The notes under the pieces were generated by a model. It was not told where the DNA came from. It ran no database searches and saw only the letters and a list, made by a program, of their open reading frames with translations. This document shows, piece by piece, positions 36,475-47,675 of a DNA stretch of 64,000 bases. Location: the NCBI RefSeq assembly GCF_006345805.1, contig NC_043011.1, positions 37,088,464 through 37,152,463 of the forward strand. The letters run 5' to 3'. This DNA is from Octopus sinensis. Lineage: Eukaryota. The translations under genes and the position numbers were made by a program. Within the stretch, counting starts at the first letter, position 1. Each line of letters starts with the position of its first letter.

Positions 36475-36718
36475 TTGTATACTATCAGCGTAACGTGACA
36501 GTAAGGGAATTAAACCACCGCTGTTTAGCCCTAGGAAGCATCGACGCTCCCTCTCGGCCTCGACACATTTCCAGTGTCCTTATATATTTACGAAGGGGAG
36601 ACAAATACCCCCAACAGCTAGGCCTGCATCTAGACACACGCATGTTTCAGGGTCTTTGCCCATCATCGGTCTAGAGTAGCAGAGGCCTGCTAGCTGAAGA
36701 TATCTGTCTAGACTTCCT
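36475..36718 (-). mobile_element. Short (TA)n-flanked element carrying an extended type I hammerhead-like fold
   Basis: GC-richer 240-bp insert between TA runs; fold at 36615-36696. Confidence 0.6.
36615..36696 (-). ncRNA. Extended type I hammerhead-like fold (U4C, G17)
   Basis: Minus strand CAGCTA-gca-GGCC-tc-TGC-tac-TCTAGA-CCGATGA-T-GGG[CAAAGA]CCC-T-GAA-ACAT[GC]GTGT-G-TCTAGA-t-GCA-GGCC-TAGCTG. Confidence 0.6.
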
Positions 36719-36736
36719 AAATATATATATATATAT

Positions 36737-37132
36737 ACTAGCAGTATCGCCCGGCGTTGCTCGGGTTTGTAAGGGAAATAATTATATAAGCATTTTTAGA
36801 AATGTAAAGTATAATAGCCATCTCAATATGGCTAACCACAAAGGGGGAGGGGTGTTACTGTAGCTTTTTACGTTCTGAGATTTAATAATAAATTTTAGAG
36901 AGTTACTTCCCTTATATATGTCAAAAATGGATTAAAAATGGGAAAAATTGATGGTAATTTTTTTTTAAATCGTAGACTCATCGTAGACGCGCGCTAATAC
37001 CCAGACGGTCTCGATATGAATCACGACTATAAGATACCCGGTTTTGGTTAAACTGCACCGCAAAATGCGGGAGTAGTTAGGAATCTAAGTCGTAGGAGAC
37101 AGACACACCACCTCACTTTTATATATAAAGAT
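36737..37132 (+). mobile_element. HINE/DINE-1-like element, complete
   Basis: 5' actagcagtatcgcccggcgttgctcggg hairpin; 3' cacttttatatataaagat; homologue at 51681-52210. Confidence 0.8.
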
Positions 37133-37224
37133 TTCCTCTATTTACATAATATTGAGGTCTTTTTCTTTCTTTTGTTATCTTACTGTTTTTACCAATATAC
37201 GTATATATATATATAAATATATAT

Positions 37225-37550
37225 ATAGGTACAGAGATGTACTTGCATAGCAAGTGACTTGATCTGAGATCGTGTGCTGGAACGAAAACAGTTGCAGCGT
37301 TGAAGGTGTTTATAAGCCATTTAAGAAACTCACAAAAACCGTTAGATTCACTTCAACATTTAAATTTAATTTGTCAAAATATTTTCGTCGCTTTGAGACC
37401 GCGACCTGTTAGCACGATATTTTTGTCAGTGAACAGGTCGCGGTCTGAAAGCGACGAAAATATTTTGGCAAATTAAATTTAAATGTTGAAGTGAATGTAA
37501 CGGTTTTTGTGTGTTTCTTAAATGGCTTACAAACACCTTCCACGCTGCAA
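37225..37550. mobile_element. Head-to-head pair of G3:C8 hammerhead family elements (119-bp inverted arms)
   Basis: 37292-37410 vs 37432-37550, 6 mismatches counted by eye; (TA)n outside both ends. Confidence 0.85.
37422..37472 (+). ncRNA. Minimal type I hammerhead with reciprocal G3:C8 core pair
   Basis: TTTGTCA-GTGAACA-G-GTCGC[GGTCTGAAA]GCGAC-GAA-AA[TA]TT-T-TGGCAAA: 7-bp stem I, 5-bp stem II, palindromic AATATT stem III. Confidence 0.65.
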
Positions 37551-37639
37551 TATATATATACACACATATATATATATATATGTATGTATGTATGTATGTG
37601 TGTATATGTGTATGCATGTATGTGTGTGTGTGTGCGTGT

Positions 37640-37853
37640 CTGTGCTTGTGATTGTCCTCCACCACTGCTTGACAACGAATGTTGGTTTGTTTACATCCCT
37701 GTCACCTAGTGGTTTGACAAAGGAAACATATAGAATAAGTACAATGCTTACAAAAATAAAACTGGAGTTGATTCATTAAACTACAATTCTTCAAGTCATT
37801 GCCCCAGCATGGCCACAGACCAATGGCTGGAAAAAGCAGAAGAATAAAAGAAT
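37640..37853 (+). mobile_element. SINE type A, 3' half, diverged
   Basis: cttgacaacgaatgttggt...tagaataagtac...gccccagcatggccac...aataaaagaata. Confidence 0.75.
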
Positions 37854-37919
37854 ACATTCTCTGCTTTGGTCTTATGTTCAAGGCATGAGAAAGCTTGAGT
37901 TTACATGAGAAGGCCTAAC

Positions 37920-38186
37920 AGACCTGGTAGAAACAGCAGCCAAATCTCCCTCAAATCACACCTTACTGTCTTATGTATGTATATATATATATGAGCCAAT
38001 GAGGGGGACCTCTACATGGTAGCTAGACCTGGTAGAAATAGCAGCCAAATTTCCCCCAAATCACACCTTACTGTCTTATCTATGTATATATGTATGTATG
38101 AGCCTATGAGGGAGACCCCTACATGGCAGCTAGACATGGTAGAAATAGCAGCCAAATCTCCCTCAAATCACACCTTACTGTCTTAT
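37920..38186 (+). repeat. 105-107-bp tandem repeat, about 2.6 copies
   Basis: gacctggtagaaatagcagccaaatctccctcaaatcacaccttactgtcttat at 37921, 38026 and 38133. Confidence 0.92.
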
Positions 38187-38284
38187 CTTTCTGCTACTTG
38201 GATATAGGTCTTATATTCGTCGTAAAAAACTTTCCTGTCACACACTCACGCACACGCACACACACACACACACACGCACCCTCA

Positions 38285-38317
<33 letters not shown>

Positions 38318-38559
38318 TCACACAAACGCACGTTCGCTTACAATTTTATTTATATATTTGCGTGTCCATGTGTGGAAATAGGAAGTGGGAGGCAGAGTGA
38401 AAGAATCACTCACTACAGTAAGTGAATTACTTTCATTTTATTCGTTGCCCACTGTGTGTGTGCGTTTGCGTGTGGTGTAAACCAGACTAAGAAAAGCATT
38501 TGACACACACACCAGAATGTGAGTTTTCTGTAAATTTTGCTTAATTGGAGTTTAAATTT

Positions 38560-38700
38560 TAAAAACTGGACCTGGCATGACGCGATGCATTCTACTCTTA
38601 AAAATGCTAGGTAAATTGTAATTGAAGAAATCCTATATTGTAGATTTCTATAACTCCCAAAGGGAGGCAGATAAAATCTGCCTTTTATAATAAGAGATAT
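38560..38700 (+). mobile_element. Possible Helentron/HINE 3' end
   Basis: Hairpin GGCAGAT-aaa-ATCTGCC followed by ttttataataagagat. Confidence 0.5.
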
Positions 38701-39122
38701 TTTCAGTGAAATTTATTCACTGATCACCAAAATCAGAAATATTAAATTTCTAAATATCTCATAGAGATATGTACGCTGATGTATATATATATATAATATA
38801 TATACGTAAATTGATGTTAAACTGATGGTATTATTAAATTAATATCTAATTTTTTTCACCCTCATTTATAATATATATATATATATATATAAATACAGGC
38901 ACATGTATTAACATATCTATAAACACACACTTAGGATACGTGTCCAGTAGCAAGCAAGTGTATCAACATTAACATACATGTAGGTATGTATACGTCTGAA
39001 TGTTTTCCACATTAACACTTGAACGTAAATACACATACGCATACCCAAATCCAAAATATTCATGTAGTTTTAATTATATTCTTGTCTCTTAACGAGTTTT
39101 GTCAGTGCTTTACATCTTGCAG

Positions 39123-39219
39123 CGCCTAAATGCTTATTATTAATTGCTATACTGATATTATTCTACTTAAACGAGACAATTGCGGACAGAAAAGATCAGC
39201 AGAAAGAAAATAAAACATG
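39123..39219 (+). CDS. Candidate 97-nt exon encoding a signal-peptide or transmembrane-like segment
   Basis: gctttacatcttgcag| acceptor, |gtaaat donor; phase-1 frame PKCLLLIAILILFYLNETIA-DRKDQQKENKT. Confidence 0.35.
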
Positions 39220-39590
39220 GTAAATTGATAATGCACAGTTGCTCCTACCAACAACTCTGTTTTATTCAGCTGCTTGACACCTGGATAACCGGAAGTAAAA
39301 ATCTAAACATCAGCGTATGGTTAATAGAAAAGAAGCTGAGGACTATTTAATATCGCCGACTACCAATAAACGCCCACACAAACCCACAGATATTCACAGA
39401 TATTTGTAAACTTGCGTGTCCAGATATACACTTACACGGGTAGGAAAAGTAACTGAAACACATCGATATGCACTGGCGCATGCCTAGAATTTTGAAGCTT
39501 ACTTATACAAACAAATCACTAAAATAATTACATACATACAATCAACAACTCACATTTACACACTGATGTGTAGACCATATATGTCTCTGT

Positions 39591-39753
39591 GTGCTTGTGT
39601 TTATATGTGAATATATGTTTATGATGATATGTGAATATGTGATTGTATGCATATTTGAAGGCATTTTCAATACACATACATTTCTTTTGTATATACATAT
39701 GGTCGTTTGTCTATGTACACGTGAATGTATGCTTGTGTCAATATATGAATATG

Positions 39754-39785
<32 letters not shown>

Positions 39786-39802
39786 CATAAATATATTTAT
39801 GA

Positions 39803-39866
<64 letters not shown>

Positions 39867-40229
39867 ATATATATACTCATAAATATATTTATGTGTGTAT
39901 ATATATATATATAAATATGTTTATATCTATATTTATATATTAATATGTATATATACATATGTACACACAAACATACATTCATGTGGGCATACAGACACGC
40001 ATGTACATTCAAACAAATATTCATATGTAGACATAAGCATGCATTCACGTGTACATAGGAAAAAAGTCACATGTATATCAAAACACAGCTTCACCCGTAC
40101 ATACAAACGCCCTTTCACGTGTATATACAAATACATGTTTATGTGTGTATTAAACATTCATTCAAATATACATACAATCACACATTCACATATTCTCACA
40201 AACCTATGTTCACATATAAACACAAGCAC
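39591..40229. repeat. Nested inverted duplication centred on (TA)n
   Basis: 39591-39755 vs 40015-40229 (diverged); inner 39781-39810 vs 39866-39898 (near-identical). Confidence 0.75.
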
Positions 40230-40824
40230 ACATTAGTAGGTACCCAAACTTTCATTTACACATATACACACAATCACATGCACGCAAACACATTCAGATA
40301 TAGGCTCAAACAGGCGTACAAGCACACGTACATATATACTCACAAACTTACATTTACATATTCACGCAAACACATGTTCACATATAAACACAAACGAATT
40401 CTTACACACACACAAACATACATTCAGATACACTCACAGACGCGCCTTCAAATAGATACACACACACACGTTCAACACATTCATATATTCAAATGAAAGC
40501 GAAGCATCAAAAAATTCAGAAGGACAAGCCTGCATTCATAGACGCGATTCATGCAAACACTAAATCATACAATACCACATAGAAAAGAGCAGTGAAAAAT
40601 ACATACGCAAACACACACGAATAAAATTGGCTGTTGATTCGTGTAATTATTTCTATTTCATGATTACTTCTTGTAAAACAAGTTTTCAGCTATTTGCAGA
40701 GGAGAATAGAACCTAACAAATTACATTAATGAAGACTTTTTATTACATATTCTCAATGTTTGTTGGTACATCAGGACTGGCTGTAGTATAATAATGTTCA
40801 CATTATTGACATCCAAGTTAAGTA

Positions 40825-41218
40825 TTTATGGTTCATCTCCCTGCAGATGCCGTCCTATCTCCAGCTCCCTGTAGACAGCTTTAACTCACTCACTGGAATC
40901 CTTATCGTTGTTGTTGATTATACTTGACCGGCCAGACCTTGGATCAAAGCATCTAGGTCATGACTTTTCGCTCGCTCATTCTATTCAAGTAAGACTGTGC
41001 CATATTATCTAATTTTCTTTCTTTATGGTTGATCTCCCTGCAGATCTCGTCCTACCTCCAACTCTCCATAGACAGCTTTAACTGCCTCACTAGAATCCGT
41101 ATCGTTCTTGTTGATTATACTTGACCGGCCAGACCTTGGATCAAAGCATCTAGGTCATGACTTTTCGCTCGCTCATTCTATTCGAGTAGTACCGTACCAG
41201 ATTATCTAATTTTCTTCC
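40825..41218 (+). repeat. 197-bp tandem duplication
   Basis: tttatggtt.atctccctgcagat...tgattatacttgaccggccagaccttggatcaaagcatctaggtcatgacttttcgctcgctcattctattc at 40825 and 41022. Confidence 0.93.
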
Positions 41219-41704
41219 CGTTTTAAGAAGGGAGGTTAAATTCTTTTCTAATCATTTGCGGCTATTTTGAGCATATCGGGTGAAAGATCAGAATTTTTTC
41301 TTGTGTGAGAGTTTCAAAGAAATGATAAACTCTCAGTTACAGAGTGGGCACAACAGCAAAAATACAGGAAAAAGCGCTGACATAAGCTCCATCAATGCTG
41401 CAATATAAGGCTAGAAGTCTGAAGTTATTCATGATACACACAGCAACCATGAAAACAGTCTAACTCCGTTGTTGCGCATGTTGTAATAGTTTCGGCGGGT
41501 TTATTTTTTAAGGCTAAATGTCACTAGCTAATTTACATCATTGGCTAGGGGCATTTTGTTATGTAACATGTACTACAGAGGATCTTTTCGTTGGGATTAA
41601 ACGTTCTTTAGTTTCTTACTCTTTACATGTGTGGGGTATTGCAGTTGGTTGAGGTCCTTACCACTAATCAATAATGTCGTTCACTGGGTGCGTTTCATTG
41701 CACA

Positions 41705-42000
41705 CCATGGTGGTACTTCGTCGCTCACGACGAAGAAGGTTCCAGTTGATCTATTCTATCGTGAAATTAACGTGCAAGTGACTGAGCAGTCCACAGACAC
41801 CTGTACCTTAACGTAGTTCTAAGGGTGAATTACCGTGACACAGAATGAGACAAGGCTGTCCGTTTGGATTACAGGCACATCTCAGTTTTACTAGCTGAAG
41901 CAACGTGTAGTGAAGCAATGGGAAATAATGTGTGTTGCTCAAGGACACCGCTCCGCCGATTTTAAGCGTGATCTCATAATCACTTAGCTACGTTCCTTTA
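41705..42000 (-). mobile_element. SINE type C, diverged
   Basis: cgtgaaattaacgtgcaagtgactgagcagtccacagacac...ttgctcaaggacac. Confidence 0.8.
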
Positions 42001-42278
42001 TACACCAATGATAGAGATCCCTGTCTATTTTCCCGTCATTTGTTATTGTATTTCTATAGCTTTTAAAGTTCCGATGCTGTTTCTCTTCCTAAACATTTTA
42101 TAGCGTGGCCAGGACATAAAAGACAGTATCATGCACCTTCCTACGATTAATTTATACAATGATCACACACACACACACACATGCACACACAAAGAAGGAG
42201 AGGGTGAAGAAAGTGATAGAGAGTGAATAAGACTCTATCAAAGTATGAGCATTTATATATAGAATGAAAAATCCGAGA

Positions 42279-43237
42279 GCAGAATTCTAGAATATTCAAA
42301 AGTATTGAAATTGGAAAAGTACAGCACAAGGGGTAATACAATAAAAGGTGCAGACACAGAATGCTAGAATATTCTTATGTCTTGAACATGGAAAATTACA
42401 GAAGAAGAAAACGTAAACTTAAAATATTGTTGAAGTTAGAATTTTAAAGCAAAAATAATAATAAATACACTTATATATATTTTTCCACAACGGTTTAAAT
42501 CAAAATACTCAAGAAGCTATTTATTTTCATTTTTAGTGAAAAGATTAATTGCCTGCAAATTTACACGTCAAAAATTTGATATTTGATATTTTTATATTTA
42601 AAAACTTACACAATAGCAATTTGAGTAAAATTGACAATGTATTATAAGCCCAGAGTTTTTCTTTTTTTTGAGAGTCATTTCTACATTTTGTACTCAATTT
42701 GTTCCTTTCAGTTTCGTAAATATTCTTCTAAAGTAAACAGAGTATAATTTGTCATCTGATAATGCACACTTAAAAGAAATTAATTCTTGTGTTTCTTTAA
42801 AAAACAATTTTTCTATAATTTTTGCTCTTTCTAATTACATATATTGCACATGGCTCCAAACTTATAACACAATATCTGTTATTTAAAATATTTGGATAAT
42901 GAGTTATGCTAAGACGATAAAATTAAAATAAACAACAACATAACAGAAATATTTTAGCTCAATACAAATAAATTTTTAAGCAAAATATTGACTTAGAATG
43001 GTTAGCAATAACGAGTCAAAAACATTTCACACATTATTTGATGAACAGTTTCGGAAATATATTTAGCAAATTTTAACTTCCGTAGCAGTACATTAAGATG
43101 TTTTTTCTCCTTGTCCTGTACTTTTCCAAGTCCAATACATAAGAATATTCTTGTTATCTGTGCCCGCATTTTTCTTCTGTTGCTACTTGTTGTGTACTTT
43201 TCCAGATTCAATATTTAAGAATATTCTAGGATTCTGC
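42279..43237. repeat. Diverged inverted pair of about 170-bp arms, each with two 70-bp subrepeats (possible TIRs)
   Basis: 42279-42450 vs reverse complement of 43066-43237; motif gcagaat.ctagaatattc...ggaaaagtaca twice per arm. Confidence 0.65.
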
Positions 43238-43344
43238 ATGCGCATTATTCATTCTACACCACTTTTCTTTCCACATAACGCTTCTTTTATTGTAATTCAT
43301 AATATTTAATTTCATAATTGAAGAAATGATACTATTATATTTTA

Positions 43345-43490
43345 TCTTTTACTTCCTTCACTCATTAGATCGCCACCAACCTGGGGCACCGCCTTATAGA
43401 ACTTTAGTCGAATAAATAAAACCCAGTACTTTTTAAGACTAGAACATATTCTATCAGTTTCTTTTACCGAACCGCTTAGTCGCAGAGACA
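43345..43490 (-). mobile_element. SINE type A, tail fragment
   Basis: ggggcaccgcctt...tttagtcgaa...ttctatcagtttcttttaccgaaccgct. Confidence 0.65.
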
Positions 43491-43612
43491 TATTTTGAAA
43501 AATAAAGTTTCCTTTGTTCAAACTGAAAAAATTCCTAGCACCTAAACATAACATAGGATTAATAGAACAATATCTGTCACAAATAAATATAAATATTTTA
43601 AAAATTATTACA

Positions 43613-43787
43613 GCGCAGGAGTGGCTGTGTGGTAAGTAGCTTGCTTACCAACCACATGGTTCCGGGTTCATTCCCACTGCGTAGCACCTTGGGCAAGTGT
43701 CTTATACTATATCCTTGGGCCGACCAAAGCCTTGTGAGTAAATTTGGTAGACGGAAACTGAAAGAAGCCCGTCCTATATATGTATAC

Positions 43788-43824
<37 letters not shown>

Positions 43825-44080
43825 CGTGCGTGCGTGTGTGTGTCTGTGTGTGTGTGTGTACGTGTATGTTTGTATATCTGTCTTTGTCCCCCCAACATCG
43901 CTTGAGAACTGATGGTGGTGAGTTTACGTCCCCGTAACTTAGCAGTTCGGCAAAAGAAAGCCAATACAATAAGTACTAGGCTTCCAAAGAATAGGTCCTG
44001 GGGTCGATTTCCTTGAATAAAAGGTGATGCTCCAGCATGGCCGCAGCCAAATGATTGAAACAAAGAAAAGAGTAAAAGTA
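43613..44080 (+). mobile_element. SINE type A, full length
   Basis: gcgcaggagtggctgtgtggtaagtagcttgcttaccaaccacatggttccgggttca...; internal (TA)(TG)n; tail gctccagcatggccgcag..aaatgattgaaaca. Confidence 0.95.
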
Positions 44081-45451
44081 ATATATTGTTCTATTTAAAT
44101 TATTTTTTTAATGAGTGAGATTTTTATATTAATATGTTTTAATTACGTATGTAATTTAATATATAACAGAATAGTAATAATTAATATGAAAAGACAAAAG
44201 CTAATCACTTTTTTCTACTTAAAAACACAAAAATATTTCTTGAACCCCACTTTATTTCGTTACTTAAAGCCACACCACGTTTTAGTGGCTAATATTTTTT
44301 TATGAGCTCTTTCGTTTGAATACAACTACGGTATAGTCTAATTTTACAACAGCTGAGATATTGTGTTTCAAAATAAATTACCAATTCTTTCATCACTGAA
44401 AATCACATTACCTTTCTCGTAGCTAATAGATTTTAACGAATTTTTCACTAAAACATCTTTCACTAAAACACCCCCAATTTTCAAATTTAATTACTATAAG
44501 CTTTTGAAGTAACAGACATATTTTGAAGTTTAATATTTTCGCGTTACTCTCACATTTTCAGTTTGACCTAACATTCATAGTTTGACCTAACTCCCATTCA
44601 TAGTTTAACCTAAATTTCAATTATTTTATTCAAAAATGTAGCTTTGGATAGGACAATGTTAAAAAAAAACTGCATTCAATCTAATTGAGAACTGAATTAG
44701 TCATGGAACCTAGAATTGTTCGTGAGTAAAAGTTTACCCTAAAAATATATTCACCCATTGCCGCGGGTTAACGATACACTCATGTATAGAGGTGTCTTGT
44801 GTGATGAGTATTTACATATACCCAAATGTATATCAGTGACTTGTATATGACGTTGAAGAAACAGACGTACATTTCATGGTTTTGAGTATCGGTGAGGAAT
44901 ACAATTATTTCCTGTCGTTGAGCGGAATTGATAATTTGGGTTAGATGAGATCAATATGGTAAAGTGGGATATCATGATTGATTCGGGATATTCACATAGC
45001 TAACATACACTTCAAGGGTAACAATTACTGAATAACATTTGTTGTGATCGGGTAACGGAAGTGTATGTTACGAATTGAAATGAATAGAGAAGGCACAGTT
45101 AATTAATTACTAATTTACATGACATTTTAATTTAGAATATTATTCAAAATATTCATGAAGTTATTCAAATTTCCCTGAGTGCTAAAACCCATGCTAAAAT
45201 TGAAATATGATAAACAGAACTGAAGGAGTGATGGTTTTAGATGATTCTCCTAGATATTATAACTTTTACAAGTCACAGGTCGATGTACAGCTGACCTAAA
45301 ACTCAGTTAGGTTTTTTTTTTGGTAGACAATCGATGTCTATCGTTTTTGGTTAGATCCAGATTGTAGACACCTGTAAGGGAGACATATAAGGTAGTGCAA
45401 TTTAGGCGCGCTCATGGCATTGATATGGGCGAACATCATCTCATATTTTCT

Positions 45452-45660
45452 AAGGCGGCGAACTGGAAAAGTCGTTAACACGCCCGGCAAACTTCTTAGC
45501 GTTATTTTGTCCGTCTTTATGTTCTAATTACAAATACCGCCGAATTATGCCTTTCAGTATTTCGGGGTCGATCAGATAGATTCCATTTCAGGACAGGGTC
45601 GATGTAATCAACTAAACCCCCCTCCCACGAAATTGCTGGTCTTGTACCAACATTTGCAAC
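45452..45660 (+). mobile_element. SINE type B, diverged
   Basis: aaggcggcgaactgg...gcctttcagtatttcggggtcgat...ggtcgatgtaatcaact. Confidence 0.75.
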
Positions 45661-47282
45661 CATTATCTAACACCGCTTTTCCAATTTTTACCTATAATAG
45701 AAAGCATGTGGTGTGAGAGTCATTGCCTATTTCTACCAGATTGAAAGACCACAATGAATTTAATTTAGCTCTTCAAAAGGCGAGAGTTCAAGTGGCGTAC
45801 AGTGCTGCTCCACAATAGCTACCGCTGAAATAATTTCAAATAAAAGAAAATATGTCTTATGAAATGAAGTGTGATTGTTTATCGAAACGAAAATAATGGA
45901 ACATGCGAAATATCATTATGTTGATTACTAATATATATATTAATATATATTAATCTTCTTTCTTCGCTCTTTTGCACCACATGGCCTCAACCCACTTCGT
46001 CTCTTCATCTCACACCTCACTCACCTCTCCTCTTAATTGATACCACCCACACCATTCCACTCACACTAGCTCTGACCACTTCCCAGCACCCACACCACAT
46101 ACCATCATTTACACACACACGCACAATCTGCAATAGCGTCACCACACATACCACTATATGAGCAGCCGCACACACTGTTTAACTCAGTACACACACTGCA
46201 CACTACCATGCACACTCCCACAAGCATATAATATATATATATATCAGTATTAATTTTGGCAGCTGGCCGCAATATAAACCGTATAGGCAAAATTTAGTTT
46301 TTACTGAATGTGCTAAAAGCACACATAATTCTAGAAATATGAGTTAAACCTCGCGTAGCTGCATAAAACCACATTTATATATACTGACTGGGTAGATAAC
46401 TGCCCCATACATACATACAAACATACATACAAACATATTTTCATTGTGAGTCTTCAATTTACTTAATAATTATCCCATAAAGCCTCGATAACCTTTACTT
46501 ACAAATATATTGAGTTGAGTTCGATAGGATAATACGTGAATGATACACTATCTCCCGATGTAAAAATTGATTGCCAAAGACAAAATCGAACGGAAAAACT
46601 CTTAGTGTGTTGTTGTACTCTGGATAACGTTAACTCCAATAAACCACTTCTGGTTACTTTGTCGATTCCGTACTGGAAAAGGCAAAGTCGGCTTTTGAAT
46701 GATTCGAAACCTGAAAGTATAGAAATGTAACTGTACCCCCACCCCCACCCCGCCTTGATATTTTCTCTACCGTTCTATCGATCTCATCAAATGCAATAAC
46801 AATAATGGCCAGTCAATAAATTAGGTTTTACTTGAAAGTTCGAGGTAAAAATAAAAAAAAAAACATCCAATCACTCTCAAAATTACCAAAGGCAGAAACC
46901 TAGAAATTTCGTTTTAATATTTCGTTTGTTTCTCAAAGACTGGAATTGAAGAGGCTAAAGTTATCTTGTAAAAAACTTTAGCAAAAGCAATCAATAATTT
47001 ATTCATTAATTAGTTAATTAATTGAATAATTACTTAATTAGCAACATCAATGTCACGCTAAACTTGGATCAACTTTGTTTCAGCAGGCTTATATTCAAAA
47101 GCATTCGAACTGAAACCATTCTGCTGTTTTGAGGTAAAGTATCATTTCATCACTCACTACTCATACGTTTATCGCTTTTTAAATGATACGGTGCTTTGCA
47201 GGAGGTTTGGTAAATCTTTCCAGTAGATTGAGGGATCACGTAGCGGTTTCCTAATTTACTCGCCATTTTTCTGTTTTCTACA

Positions 47283-47470
47283 GGGCATAAGGCCGAAAGT
47301 TTTGGAAGAGTGCAGTGACCAGCGTCATTGACTGACGCTTTATTTCATCGATTCTGAACAAAAAAAATGGAAGTCGACCTCGGATTAATTTGAACTTGGA
47401 ACATAAGGCTGGTGTAAATGCCGTTAAGCCATCTGTCCAATGTGCTAACGATTCTACCAGCGCGTCGCTT
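47283..47470 (-). mobile_element. SINE type B, diverged
   Basis: ggaagtcgacctcgg..aatttgaact...gtgctaacgattctaccagc. Confidence 0.7.
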
Positions 47471-47504
47471 GTTTTCTTTTATTCTGCTCGAATTATATTT
47501 TTCA

Positions 47505-47675
47505 CGGCGAGGAACTGGCAGAGTCGCTAGAACATCGGAGAACTGCCTTGCTCTAACTCTTCCGGCTCTTTATTTTCTGAATTCAAAATTTGCCTTTCAG
47601 TCCATCGGAATCGATAAAACAGAGTACCACGGAAGTACTGCGATCAATACTAACAGCTCCACCCTTTGCCACATA
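47505..47675 (+). mobile_element. SINE type B, diverged, head-to-head with the previous copy
   Basis: ggcgaggaactggcagagtcgctag...tttgcctttcagtccatcggaatcgataaaa..agtacc. Confidence 0.6.

Noticed and set aside
37920-41218. Regularly spaced repeats as a CRISPR-like array
   Set aside because: Units are contiguous tandem copies with no unique spacers; eukaryotic context; no cas genes.
44560-44615. Three 21-24-bp repeats (agtttgacctaac)
   Set aside because: Too short and degenerate to assign; probably slippage.
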